Shown piece after piece: positions 1 to 9,554 of a DNA stretch of 64,000 nt (the first letter of the stretch is position 1; each line of letters begins with the position of its first letter). The DNA lies in assembly GCA_964618995.1 (NCBI GenBank), contig CAZUBQ010000001.1, forward strand, positions 83,632-147,631, given 5' to 3'. This DNA is from an uncultured Candidatus Poseidoniales archaeon (lineage in GTDB: Archaea; Thermoplasmatota; Poseidoniia; Poseidoniales; Thalassarchaeaceae). The notes below the pieces were generated by a model that saw only the letters and a list, made by a program, of their open reading frames with translations, did not search any database and was not told where the DNA came from. Position numbers and translations under genes: made by a program.

Positions 1-63
1 TCATTCCACGGCGCGGCTCCCTCCGATGATCAACTGAAACAAGCGATGGAGGAGTTGCAATGA
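1..63 (+). CDS. 3' end of upstream ORF, probably the transketolase N-terminal subunit (partial)
   Basis: Frame-1 ORF reads ...SFHGAAPSDDQLKQAMEELQ* and ends in an ATGA overlap with the next gene. Only 20 aa are visible, so the call rests on adjacency to the transketolase C-terminal subunit. Confidence 0.3.
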   Translation, partial: SFHGAAPSDDQLKQAMEELQ

Positions 64-1001
64 CCACGATGGTGGCCTCACGTGATGGATATGGAGATGC
101 GCTGCTGCAACTTGCTGACGACGAGCGTGTAGTCGTTCTAGAAGCGGATTTGGGCAAATCCACCAAATCATGTCGATTCCGTGAGATGTACCCCGAGCGA
201 ACATTCTCACTCGGCATTTCAGAACAGAACATGATGCTGGTCGCTGCAGGCCTGGCTTCCTCAGGATACAAGCCATTCGCCTCTACATTCGCCATCTTCA
301 CGGAACGAGGATTCGAGCAGGTTCGCAATGGTATTGCACGGCCTAAGCACGCTGTACACCTTTGCGGCTCGCATGGGGGGCTGCACACGGGAACGGACGG
401 CTCCTCAGCTCAATCGATAGAGGATCTGGCCATCTATCGGACCCTGCCAAACATGACCGTCATGCACCCATGCGATGACATCAGCACCGAACGACTCACG
501 GTCCTGCTTGCGTCCTCGTCTGGCCCATCCTACATGCGCACGGCGCGCAACAAGCGACCGCGCATCCATGACGAAGAGTCAGTCGCTGCACTTAGAATAG
601 GCAAAGGGCATGTGTTGCGTGAAGGAAGTGATGTCGCACTGCTGGCTTGTGGAGTTCTAGTGGGTGAGGCAATGACTGCCGCTGATGCGCTCTCGACTGA
701 TGGAATCGAAGTCACAGTGGTTGACATGCATACGATAAAGCCGCTCGATTCAGCATTGGTTCAGAAGCTTGCCACAGACTGCGGCGCGCTGGTAACCGCA
801 GAGGATCATTCGATGATTGGTGGCCTCGGGGGGGCCGTAGCAGAGTTGCTGGCAGCCAACTGCCCCGTACCACTCGAGAGGGTTGGTGTGAACGACACCT
901 TTGGTGAGTCAGGAGATGGTGACGAACTACTGGATAAATACGGATTGAGTAGTGAACACATCATATCTGCAGCCCGCAGGGCGATTGCTCGTAAGGCGTG
1001 A
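60..1001 (+). CDS. Transketolase C-terminal subunit (pyrimidine-binding/C-terminal domains of split archaeal transketolase)
   Basis: 313 aa with ATG start. Transketolase Pyr/C-terminal motifs are present (FSLGISEQNMM, GSHGGLHTGTDGSSAQSIEDLAIYRTLPNM, PCD, VVDMHTIKPLD). Confidence 0.8.
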   Translation: MTTMVASRDGYGDALLQLADDERVVVLEADLGKSTKSCRFREMYPERTFSLGISEQNMMLVAAGLASSGYKPFASTFAIFTERGFEQVRNGIARPKHAVHLCGSHGGLHTGTDGSSAQSIEDLAIYRTLPNMTVMHPCDDISTERLTVLLASSSGPSYMRTARNKRPRIHDEESVAALRIGKGHVLREGSDVALLACGVLVGEAMTAADALSTDGIEVTVVDMHTIKPLDSALVQKLATDCGALVTAEDHSMIGGLGGAVAELLAANCPVPLERVGVNDTFGESGDGDELLDKYGLSSEHIISAARRAIARKA

Positions 1002-1073
1002 ACGAACGGGGCAGGCCCCTCTCATCCACAGTGTTGATGAAGCGACGTCGGCTGCGTCGCAGTTAGTGGTGAC

Positions 1074-1628
1074 ATGAGTTCCGAGAGTGACCGGCTGCGG
1101 AAGTTGCTGGATGGCGAACTTTCACCAGAGGAACTTGAAGAAGATCCCATGCTCGCTGGACTGGCTGAACGTGTATATGGGGAGGATTTCCTCGATGAGA
1201 TAGGAGTGTCTCGCGGGGACTCCAAACGTGCGCTTGCCGAATCCTTGCAGGATGAGGAAGAACTCGATGATCTGATGGTTGAATTACCAGATGAGCTACC
1301 CGAGTTCGACCCACCCACACTTCCTGATGATTCAACTACTACAGAAGGAAATGGAGGTAAGGGGTTGGCAGGACTCGTTACCGGTGTGCTAGGATTGATG
1401 CTCGTCGCGCTAAACCTCTTCTATGGGCTAGGCAACATGATCGGAGGATGTACGGCCAGCATTCACATCAGTTGCGGCCAGAACATGAAACTCAACTTGC
1501 TAGAGTTCCATCGTACTGCAGAGCACATTGCTTGGGGTCCAACGGGTGTGGTGGGCATTCCAGACATCGTAGCAGCCAGCCTGATGGTGACATTGATTGT
1601 CATCGCTGTGATGAAGCGGCGCGGATGA
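1074..1628 (+). CDS. Hypothetical membrane-anchored protein with acidic N-terminal half
   Basis: ATG start. N-terminal ~90 aa are extremely D/E-rich; C-terminus has 2-3 hydrophobic helices. No recognisable family. Confidence 0.4.
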   Translation: MSSESDRLRKLLDGELSPEELEEDPMLAGLAERVYGEDFLDEIGVSRGDSKRALAESLQDEEELDDLMVELPDELPEFDPPTLPDDSTTTEGNGGKGLAGLVTGVLGLMLVALNLFYGLGNMIGGCTASIHISCGQNMKLNLLEFHRTAEHIAWGPTGVVGIPDIVAASLMVTLIVIAVMKRRG

Positions 1629-3167
1629 TTAAAACATCCGCGCTAGATGATGGCGTCTGGTGGTCAGTTCGCCCGTAACGCAGCAAGGACGAGGGTCTTC
1701 GAACTCGCCGAGGGTGTGTCCGAGGATTGTGAGGCCGGTGGTCTTCTCTAGAACCTCAGCAGCGGCATCGTTACCGCAGAAAGCAACCTCGTGTACCACC
1801 CCGTCGTCAATCTCTTCAGATAGACACCATTCACCACTTTCATCCTGTATCAAATTGGGAAGGGGCTTGATGCACTTCGATTGATGCTGCGATGACCTGC
1901 TTCTGAGTTCGTCAGCAACTGCATCCAATTCAACAGCGACAGCTTCGGATATTCCATCCAGTGGGATACTTTGCTTGCCACCAGTCCGCCTTGCCGCCAA
2001 TGCAGTGCCGGATGAGAGATCCCGTGGCCCAATCTCTAACCTGAGTGGTACTCCACGAATCTCCCAGTCGTAGTACTTCTGTCCAGGTCGTAGATCCCTG
2101 TCGTCGACGTGCACACGCAATCCGGAGGCTCTCAACTGCTCGGCTATCTCACAGACCTTGTCGACAACAACTGGGGACGTATGCGCGGCCACAGGGATGA
2201 GCACCACCTGATGAGGGGCGATGGAGGGTGGAAGGATTAACCCAGCATCATCACCATGGACCCCGACCACAGCTCCTAGGAGGCGTTCTGACATCCCATA
2301 TGTCGTTTGGTGGCAGTGACGATGTTCACCATCCTCTGCTTCGTATGTGATGTCGAAGGCTTGGGCCCACTGGTCACGGTAATGATGACACGAGGCGACC
2401 TGTAGAGTACGTCCGTCAGGCATCAGAACGTCGATGGCGATGGTGTACCATGCACCGGGAAAGGTGTCCCAGACTGGGCGTTTGTTGACAAGGTATGGCA
2501 GACAAAGATCGTGCATCAATCGAGATACGATATCCAAATCCTCCTCGATTTGGCGTGTGGCATCGTCTTCGTCTGCATGAGCAGTGTGTGCCTCGAAGAA
2601 GTGAATCTCCCGCACTCGAATGAAAGAACGCGTCTGCTTGGTTTCATAGCGGAACGTGTTGACAATCTGGTAGGTCTTCAAGGGGAGGTCGACATGGCTG
2701 CGCACCCACAGAGCGAACAGTGTGTACATCGCCGTCTCAGAAGTGGGACGTAGGAACATCGGCTGGTCCAGTTCATGCTCACCAGCATGTCGTACCCAGT
2801 AAACCTCGCTGGCAAACCCCTCTGGTTCATCCTCGATGCGCAGTTCAGAAGGGTCTACTCCAGCCTCACGTGCGGCCTTGAGCCGGGCGACGAGACGGTT
2901 CTCTTTCTCGAGAAGTTCATGCGGGATGAGAAGGGGGAAACTCACCTCATCGTGGCCAGTAATCTCCATCTGGTTGTGCGTCAACTGGTCGATGAGCTTC
3001 ATCGTCTTCCATCCATAGGGCCTCCAGACATCCATCCCTTTGATTGGGTAGCGTTTGTCGACGAGGTCAGCGATCTCAACTATTGCGGGATACCACGCAT
3101 TGAAATCCGAGTGAGGAGGTATGCCTCTCTTGGCGCCCGCGCGCGCATCATCATCCGCGCCAGCCAT
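1629..3167 (-). CDS. proS: Prolyl-tRNA synthetase, archaeal/eukaryotic type
   Basis: Class II aaRS motifs are present (FRYE, YPIKGMDVWRPYGW, anticodon-binding and C-terminal Zn-like domain). Start moved to the internal ATG at 3167 (MAGADDD...) because the track start at 3197 is TTG. Confidence 0.85.
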   Translation of the reverse strand: MAGADDDARAGAKRGIPPHSDFNAWYPAIVEIADLVDKRYPIKGMDVWRPYGWKTMKLIDQLTHNQMEITGHDEVSFPLLIPHELLEKENRLVARLKAAREAGVDPSELRIEDEPEGFASEVYWVRHAGEHELDQPMFLRPTSETAMYTLFALWVRSHVDLPLKTYQIVNTFRYETKQTRSFIRVREIHFFEAHTAHADEDDATRQIEEDLDIVSRLMHDLCLPYLVNKRPVWDTFPGAWYTIAIDVLMPDGRTLQVASCHHYRDQWAQAFDITYEAEDGEHRHCHQTTYGMSERLLGAVVGVHGDDAGLILPPSIAPHQVVLIPVAAHTSPVVVDKVCEIAEQLRASGLRVHVDDRDLRPGQKYYDWEIRGVPLRLEIGPRDLSSGTALAARRTGGKQSIPLDGISEAVAVELDAVADELRSRSSQHQSKCIKPLPNLIQDESGEWCLSEEIDDGVVHEVAFCGNDAAAEVLEKTTGLTILGHTLGEFEDPRPCCVTGELTTRRHHLARMF

Positions 3168-3206
3168 GGACGACCGCCCATTCGGTCTGTCCTTCAACCT
3201 GACGCC

Positions 3207-3494
3207 TCAGACGTTGTCCGCACCGTTTACTTCCGGGGGACTCACCAACGCGACGAGAGAAGCGAGCATCCACGCCACTTCGAGCACTACGAACGCCCAT
3301 TCACCAGTGTGTACTGCTCGAATACCGAGAATACCTGATCCGAATGCCATCAACCCTAGGTATGACCGACCACGGCTGTGGATGATGCCTCGAGTCTCCA
3401 ATGCGAACGCACCGAGGATGCATAGCATGCCGAGGTAGGCGAGCAATGCTGTCACTGGCTCAAGTCCAGGGTAGGCTAGAACCTGTTCAGTCAT
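3207..3494 (-). CDS. Small hypothetical membrane protein (3 TM)
   Basis: 95 aa from ATG at 3494 (MTEQVLAYPG...). Three hydrophobic segments. The ATG lies 4 nt from the coaBC stop codon. Confidence 0.35.
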   Translation of the reverse strand: MTEQVLAYPGLEPVTALLAYLGMLCILGAFALETRGIIHSRGRSYLGLMAFGSGILGIRAVHTGEWAFVVLEVAWMLASLVALVSPPEVNGADNV

Positions 3495-3498
3495 GTGT

Positions 3499-4695
3499 TC
3501 ACCCGCAGATGGCGGTTTCAATCAGTTCGGCGAGTTCATTGAGGTTGGAGATGGGCTTTGGTTCTGAATCATCACTCACCCACATCCCTCTCCTATCGGT
3601 ATCCCCTGACACTTCCTCGAGATGATTCGCCACCACGCCGTCCAGATCATGCTTCTTCAGCAGCGATGTCGCAGAGTCGATGAGTTGGTTGTCACTGACT
3701 CCGGATTCGAGTTTGAAAGCTATGCGGCAACTGTCACTGCACAGTGATGTCAATGCATCGAGATGCTTAGTAGAGCGCACCAACCCCAATCCCCATTGTT
3801 CCGCACCACTGGAGACCTTCTCTGATTCAGGCTCAGCGACTACATAGTCGAGTACCGCGGCAGCATGCACCCAAGCCGTTGGAGCATTGTCCGATGCAGC
3901 AAGCTCCATCAATGCACTGAGCATGTCATCGGGGTCATGTGCACTGATTACTGATGGTAGTTTGAATGTAGGGTGACTAGTTACTTCTCCAGATACAATA
4001 TCCACTGAATGGCCCATTCTATAGAGGTGCTCGGCAATCACCCACCCCGTTCTGCCCGACGATGAATTGGTAATCCAACGGACAGAATCCACTCGACTTC
4101 GATTTCGTCCCAGTGTCACTACAACACGCCTTCTCTCAGGTCTACGTGAATTGACCAGGTGGCAAAGATCAGCGACAATTTGCACCGCGTCAGGTGTCTT
4201 GTAGCGACCTTCCTCCCGCTCACCCCAAACGACCGACGCCCCTTCAGCGACAACAGCCTGGCACAAATCATCGGTTACTGGGTCGTCGAACAGGTCATCG
4301 TGCATCGAGGGAACGAACATGATTGGGTCGAGTCGCCCACGCGCAGCGCTCAGGGCCATCTGGATAGGGGTGTCGAGAACGCCATGAACGTGGGCTGCCA
4401 GGCAACGCCTAGTCGCGGGAGTGACAAGGACGACATCATGGGGGTCCAGTTGCGCCATCTCAGCACCCCACTCGATGATCGGTTTGACTCCACCAGCCCA
4501 TTCTACAGCGAGTGGGGAAATCACCCTCTGGGCGGAGTGGGACATGATTACAGTCACTATTGCCCCGTGCCTACGTAGTTCACGCAGCAGACGTACTGAA
4601 TCTACTGCTGCGATGCCTCCGCAGATACCCAACAGTACCTTGCAATCCGACAAGGATTCTGAACGGCGATCTACAGTACGGTCCACTGAATCCAT
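3499..4695 (-). CDS. coaBC: Bifunctional phosphopantothenoylcysteine decarboxylase / phosphopantothenate-cysteine ligase
   Basis: N-terminal flavoprotein domain (KVLLGICGGIAAV...PAT) and C-terminal DFP/CoaB domain (VTLGRNRSRVDSVRWITNSSSG). Start placed at internal ATG 4695 (MDSVDR...). Confidence 0.8.
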   Translation of the reverse strand: MDSVDRTVDRRSESLSDCKVLLGICGGIAAVDSVRLLRELRRHGAIVTVIMSHSAQRVISPLAVEWAGGVKPIIEWGAEMAQLDPHDVVLVTPATRRCLAAHVHGVLDTPIQMALSAARGRLDPIMFVPSMHDDLFDDPVTDDLCQAVVAEGASVVWGEREEGRYKTPDAVQIVADLCHLVNSRRPERRRVVVTLGRNRSRVDSVRWITNSSSGRTGWVIAEHLYRMGHSVDIVSGEVTSHPTFKLPSVISAHDPDDMLSALMELAASDNAPTAWVHAAAVLDYVVAEPESEKVSSGAEQWGLGLVRSTKHLDALTSLCSDSCRIAFKLESGVSDNQLIDSATSLLKKHDLDGVVANHLEEVSGDTDRRGMWVSDDSEPKPISNLNELAELIETAICG

Positions 4696-4727
4696 GGTAA
4701 CCGGCTTCGGGGCTACGGTCTCCCTCT

Positions 4728-5378
4728 TTGGGACTGTCGGTGCGGGTGACATTGAAGGAGTCACCGCACAAGCAGGTAAATGTGACCACAACCGAAGGAC
4801 TGGAACCGGTCCATCGCCAACTCTCATCGTTGCTGTTGTCAACGACCATTCTGGTCTACGCACTCATGATTTTGCTGGCGGCATCTAGCCCGGAGTTGAC
4901 GAGACCATTCTGGCTAGCTATCTCGCCCGTGATAGTGATTGGAGCGGTGGCTCAACTCTTCGTGTGGAGGAAATTCCGCTTACGAGACATTGCCATCCAG
5001 CACGTCAAACTCAGTTGGGTTGTAGTATGTGGGGCGTGCAGTATACTCGGGTTACTTCACTTCGTCCGCGCCCTACAGGGAAACCTCGTCGACTGGCTAC
5101 TTGGGGGTATGTTGTTCTACCTCGCCTGGTCAATGTTCAGTCGATTCAGCACCCTCGATAATCCGGTATACAGGGGATGGTACTCTGGGAGCAGCAGTGG
5201 TTCGTCTCCACTTCTAGACCTCAAACCTGGAGAGATGCTCGCTGCTTGCCCTCACTGCTCCTCTCTTCTTGCAGTCAGGCCCGAGCAATTGGGCGCGGAC
5301 GAGCGGTGTCCGAACCATGATTGTGGAGGGAGACTGGTGTTGGAATCCACTCTCTCGCGACTCGCCGAAGAGGAGTGA
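4728..5378 (+). CDS. Hypothetical polytopic membrane protein with C-terminal zinc ribbon
   Basis: About 4 TM helices followed by CPHC...(18)...CPNHDC. No family recognised; N-terminus uncertain. Confidence 0.4.
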   Translation: MGLSVRVTLKESPHKQVNVTTTEGLEPVHRQLSSLLLSTTILVYALMILLAASSPELTRPFWLAISPVIVIGAVAQLFVWRKFRLRDIAIQHVKLSWVVVCGACSILGLLHFVRALQGNLVDWLLGGMLFYLAWSMFSRFSTLDNPVYRGWYSGSSSGSSPLLDLKPGEMLAACPHCSSLLAVRPEQLGADERCPNHDCGGRLVLESTLSRLAEEE

Positions 5379-5396
5379 ACGAATACAACTCTTGAA

Positions 5397-6425
5397 TCAC
5401 GTATCAGAGATTGTGAGGTTCTTCCAATACTCTTCTGGAACTTCCTGTGCTAGCCTGAGACCACCTAGGGCCCCTAGTTGGACAGGGTCCTCGACGATAT
5501 GCACCTCAATCTCACCCATGTCGGCCAACAGCTCCTCGAGCGAAGCACCCAGGCCACGGATGGCAGAGCCGCCACCAGCGAGGATGATGTTCTGCCTGAA
5601 CTGGTCGTGATATTCCGGGTTGGATTCAGAAAGCAATTCCTTGATGTTTGCAACAATTGGACCGATTATCGCTTCGCACGCCGTCTGCATGCACTCAGTG
5701 ATATCAAGCGACATCGATTTTCCTTCGATGGAGAACTCGACGATAATCGGGTCGTCTGGGGGTGATGTAGAGGTGAATGAGTGTTGCTCCTTCCACCGAC
5801 GCGCCATGTCCTTCGTGATCTGGGCACCAGCGTATTTCCGCTGAATCTCCTGAATCAACATAGAGTCTATGACATCGCCGCAACTATTGATGTGCAACTG
5901 ATCCTCAGGCTTTGGTATAGTGCCATAGACGCGACAGATATCTGTGGTACCTGCACCGATGTCAACAACGATGGTGTGCTCAAGCATGTCCAGTGCGTAG
6001 GCGACGGCGAAAGGTTCCGAGATAATCATGCAAGCGTTCACCGTGCCTGCTGCTGCGTCAAATATCGCAGTCTTGTCTACGTGGCTTGCCTCGGCTGGAG
6101 CACCGATAACGGCGACTACGCGACCGTAACTCTCGGGGTCAGTGAGGTTGATCATGTGGTTGATGAAGTGGGCGATGAACTTCTTGTCCTCAGGAGAATC
6201 CTTGATCACCCCATGTTCCAATGGGCGATAGAGATTCAGGGCCAGCCTGTTTTTGAGTGCCTCTTCACCGAAAAGCACGTCGCGTCTCAGGAAATTCTTG
6301 GCAATCGAATCTTTGGGAGTCCCTATGACTGTCAGCACCTCTTCCTCATCTTTCTCGCTGGAGACAACGACCGAGCGGAACGTTCCGAGGTCAATTCCGA
6401 TGTAGAGTGTGTCTGATGTTGCCAA
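5397..6425 (-). CDS. Actin-fold ATPase (MreB/ParM/Ta0583-like archaeal actin homologue)
   Basis: Phosphate-1 motif YIGIDLGTFRS, phosphate-2 motif VVDIGAGTTD, adenosine motif ILAGGGSAIRGL. 342 aa. Apparent TTG start at 6425. Confidence 0.65.
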   Translation of the reverse strand: MATSDTLYIGIDLGTFRSVVVSSEKDEEEVLTVIGTPKDSIAKNFLRRDVLFGEEALKNRLALNLYRPLEHGVIKDSPEDKKFIAHFINHMINLTDPESYGRVVAVIGAPAEASHVDKTAIFDAAAGTVNACMIISEPFAVAYALDMLEHTIVVDIGAGTTDICRVYGTIPKPEDQLHINSCGDVIDSMLIQEIQRKYAGAQITKDMARRWKEQHSFTSTSPPDDPIIVEFSIEGKSMSLDITECMQTACEAIIGPIVANIKELLSESNPEYHDQFRQNIILAGGGSAIRGLGASLEELLADMGEIEVHIVEDPVQLGALGGLRLAQEVPEEYWKNLTISDT

Positions 6426-6516
6426 GAGTTCTCACCGTCCACTCAAGGGGGGGGAGGGCGGTATATCAACCATATCCAATCCACCACTCTCAATTGTTGT
6501 CAGTAGTCGCTGATTC

Positions 6517-7530
6517 TCACAACCAGATGCGGCACTTGTCACAGAACCAACCACCCCGCTGCTCTTGAAGCGGGGTGTTACCTCCGCACGCATGGCATTC
6601 CTTCAATGCACTGCTTCCGAACAGGCTGGTGATGATTCTGATGTGACGTCGGTCAGAGATGCCGAGGTTCTGACGCATAGCCCATAGCAGTTGATCCTCA
6701 CTTGGTGTGATGATTCCATCTTCCAACATCAGTGCAACTGCGGCGGTGTAATCGTCTTCTATGGCCACGTCATCTGGGTCGAGTGACACACCACCTTTTT
6801 CTCCCACCAGATCCTTTCCTCCAGGGTCGTCGATGTACAGAACCATACTAGCTGGGTTCAATCTCGTGTCTCGAAGTTCAAATGCAACAGAGGCGCCATC
6901 ATGGTGCGCATGAACCAACTTGCTGTTTCGATTAATGACCGTGGCTATGTTACGGGCTGTCTCCTCGGCGTTTCGTCCTCGTCGCCAGCCATGGGCATCA
7001 TCATCATCGAAACCGTAGAACTCTGTCCCGATACCCGGATACTCGATGCGCACCTCTTCACCCCCGTCGAAATCGTTGTTCACAACAGTGAGTGATGCTA
7101 CCTCGGTCTGCAGCAGGTTGTCGTCTTCATCGAATGCGATGAGGAGGGGTTTCCGCTCATCCTGTGCTGCGTCGTAATGACCCTGCATACCATCTACCCA
7201 TTTGGACTGTAACCGCGTCAGCGCCCCCTCCTGCTCAGAAGAAAGTTGCTGATCGATACCCAATACACGAGAGATCTCGCCGCCACCCTCTAATTCTGAC
7301 TTGAATTGTTCAATCAGCTCAGAATCGTGCGAGACGGATGCCCTGTCGGATTTGGATGCAACTGGAGAGTAATCCGGATCGTTCCATTCGTATGAGCAAC
7401 GTGAGCAGGAGAGATATCCAGGAATGGACGACTGTGTTTTGTCCCCCCCGCATCGTGGACAGTCCCCTCCATCCTTGACCTCGATGTTCTCGGCAGCCTT
7501 GCGGCGACCGCGGCGGGGATTGAGTCCCAT
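6517..7530 (-). CDS. Hypothetical protein with N- and C-terminal zinc ribbons and an acidic central region
   Basis: Start at ATG 7530 (MGLNPRRGRRK...). N-terminal CPRCGG...CSRC and C-terminal CHACGG...CDKC. Co-directional with and 91 nt upstream of the actin-like gene. Confidence 0.5.
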   Translation of the reverse strand: MGLNPRRGRRKAAENIEVKDGGDCPRCGGDKTQSSIPGYLSCSRCSYEWNDPDYSPVASKSDRASVSHDSELIEQFKSELEGGGEISRVLGIDQQLSSEQEGALTRLQSKWVDGMQGHYDAAQDERKPLLIAFDEDDNLLQTEVASLTVVNNDFDGGEEVRIEYPGIGTEFYGFDDDDAHGWRRGRNAEETARNIATVINRNSKLVHAHHDGASVAFELRDTRLNPASMVLYIDDPGGKDLVGEKGGVSLDPDDVAIEDDYTAAVALMLEDGIITPSEDQLLWAMRQNLGISDRRHIRIITSLFGSSALKECHACGGNTPLQEQRGGWFCDKCRIWL

Positions 7531-7586
7531 CAAAAGTGAAGCCTGCTCTGTCACATATAGGACTATGTGTACTATCAGGGGACCCC

Positions 7587-8726
7587 TCAGGTGTCGATTG
7601 AAGAGAGTACTGTGGCGATGCCCATACCGCCACCGATACACATAGTTGCCAACGCATATCGCACTCCTTCTCGCTTCAGTAACGCCGCAGCCTTGCCCGT
7701 GACGCGCGCGCCACTGGCTCCGAGAGGATGGCCGATGGCGATTGCGCCCCCATCCTGATTCAGGAGGCGATCATCAATACCGAGTTCATCTATCACAGCA
7801 AGTGACTGGCTAGAGAACGCCTCGTTCAGTTCGATGACATCCATGTCTCCTATCGTTAATCCCGCTCTATCCAGAGCCTTTCGAGTGGCAGGAACTGGTC
7901 CGATTCCCATTATCTCTGGTGCGACGCCGGCAACAGCGGTACTGACTATGCGCGCCAACGGAGTGAGGCCCCGCGCCTCTGCGAACTCTTCGGAAGTGAC
8001 GACCACGAATGAAGCACCGTCGGTGAGCGGCGAGGATGTGGCCGCCGTAACCACACCATCGTCAAGGAAGGCGGGCGGAAGTCCAGCCATTTTCTCCAGG
8101 GTTGTGTCAGCGCGAATGCATTCGTCAGCGGAAACCTCGCCTACATCAGTGTCAATCACAACAATCTCGTCATCCAATCTGCCAGCATCGCGGGCCGCGG
8201 CCGCCTTCTGATGGCTGGCAAGGGCGAACTCCTCCTGGCGGATGCGAGGGATTCCGTGCAATTGCGCTACGTTCTCAGCCGTGATTCCCATGGCGATGTA
8301 CGCCTCTGGATACTCCTCCTGCATCTGTGGATGCGGACTGCGGTTGAAACCACCTCGCTCGACTCGACTCATCGTCTCAATGCCTCCACACACGAAACAT
8401 TCTCCCGCGCCCAGCATGATTGCTCCTGCAGCGGCGTGGATTGTCTGCATGGAAGAACCGCACAAACGGTTGATGGTGGATCCTGGAACGGTAACCGGTA
8501 ACCCTGAGCGATAGGTCAGTATGCGTCCAAGGTTCAATCCCTGCTCACCCTCAGGATAGGCGCACCCGAGTAGCAGATCTTCCACATCATCTCCTTCAAG
8601 CCCACACCTAGAGAGTAATTCACGCACCACAGGAGCTGCGAAATCTTCGGGGCGTACGTGTGTGAGGCCACCCCTATGAGCAGGAGTGAACGGGGAACGA
8701 GCGTATCCGACGATGACAGCCGCCAT
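7587..8726 (-). CDS. Acetyl-CoA C-acetyltransferase (thiolase)
   Basis: Thiolase motifs are present (NRLCGSSMQ active Cys, GHPLGASGAR, CIGGGMG). Start at ATG 8726 (MAAVIVGYARSPF). Confidence 0.85.
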   Translation of the reverse strand: MAAVIVGYARSPFTPAHRGGLTHVRPEDFAAPVVRELLSRCGLEGDDVEDLLLGCAYPEGEQGLNLGRILTYRSGLPVTVPGSTINRLCGSSMQTIHAAAGAIMLGAGECFVCGGIETMSRVERGGFNRSPHPQMQEEYPEAYIAMGITAENVAQLHGIPRIRQEEFALASHQKAAAARDAGRLDDEIVVIDTDVGEVSADECIRADTTLEKMAGLPPAFLDDGVVTAATSSPLTDGASFVVVTSEEFAEARGLTPLARIVSTAVAGVAPEIMGIGPVPATRKALDRAGLTIGDMDVIELNEAFSSQSLAVIDELGIDDRLLNQDGGAIAIGHPLGASGARVTGKAAALLKREGVRYALATMCIGGGMGIATVLSSIDT

Positions 8727-8831
8727 GTCTCGCCGACAGGTGAGGCCGCCATAATCATTCATGACCGCTGCTGCAGTGCCATCATCGCCATACCGTTGGG
8801 GTTATCAGGAGGTCACCGGTCGGCCGCTCCG

Positions 8832-9551
8832 ATGATTCGACAATGCCGACTTCACGGGCACTTTGAAGGTGAACTATGCCCCGCCTGCAACGACGAGGGA
8901 AAGTTCGTCATGAACGGCCGCGAGAGAGACAGTATAGCGCGCAGGCTCGCTCTGATTCTAAGGCACGCACCAGAGAAGTTCGACCTAGAGATGGACCTGA
9001 ACGGCTGGGTAAGCATCCGCGACCTCTCGAACGCGCTTTCCAAGCGTGACAAGCGACTTCACTGGCTGCGCGACAGGCACATCGAGGCGATTGCAGAAAT
9101 CGATGAAAAGGGCCGTTACGAAATTCGGGGAGGGATGGTCAGAGCTACGTATGCACATACGGTGGAAATTGAACTGGATCTTCCCACCGATCTGATTCCT
9201 GACCTGTTGTTCTATCCCTGCTCTGAAGAAGAATCGGAGGTGCTGCTCGAGACAGGAATCAAGCCCGGTGGACGACGCTGGGTCCATCTGTCGAAGACTG
9301 TGACCGCTGCATGCAATGCCGGCCGAGTACACCATGACCATCCATTGATCATCGAGGTCGATACAATTCAGATGCAGGCTGATGGGAACACCATCTTTCG
9401 TGCTGGCACAACCGTCTACCTCACCGAAGATACTCCTGCAGAGTACTGCCAACTGCTTCCCGCTGACAATCGTGAGTACGAACTCATGGTAGATTCCTGG
9501 GGAGACGCTGAGCAACTGTCTGAAGTCACCACTTCATCCGAAGAGGAGTGA
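8832..9551 (+). CDS. kptA: RNA 2'-phosphotransferase Tpt1/KptA family
   Basis: The LRHAPEKFDLEMDLNGWVSIRDL and HLSKTV...RVHHD-type motifs resemble Tpt1. Start chosen at ATG 8832, outside the overlap with thiolase. Confidence 0.65.
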   Translation: MIRQCRLHGHFEGELCPACNDEGKFVMNGRERDSIARRLALILRHAPEKFDLEMDLNGWVSIRDLSNALSKRDKRLHWLRDRHIEAIAEIDEKGRYEIRGGMVRATYAHTVEIELDLPTDLIPDLLFYPCSEEESEVLLETGIKPGGRRWVHLSKTVTAACNAGRVHHDHPLIIEVDTIQMQADGNTIFRAGTTVYLTEDTPAEYCQLLPADNREYELMVDSWGDAEQLSEVTTSSEEE

Positions 9552-9554
9552 GTT

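Noticed and set aside
1-276. Minus-strand 91-aa ORF at the window start
   Set aside because: It overlaps the transketolase subunit genes and has low-complexity basic composition, so it is a GC artefact.
8658-8831. N-terminal extension of the kptA ORF overlapping the thiolase start
   Set aside because: It has no Tpt1 homology. An internal ATG at 8832 gives a non-overlapping divergent arrangement.
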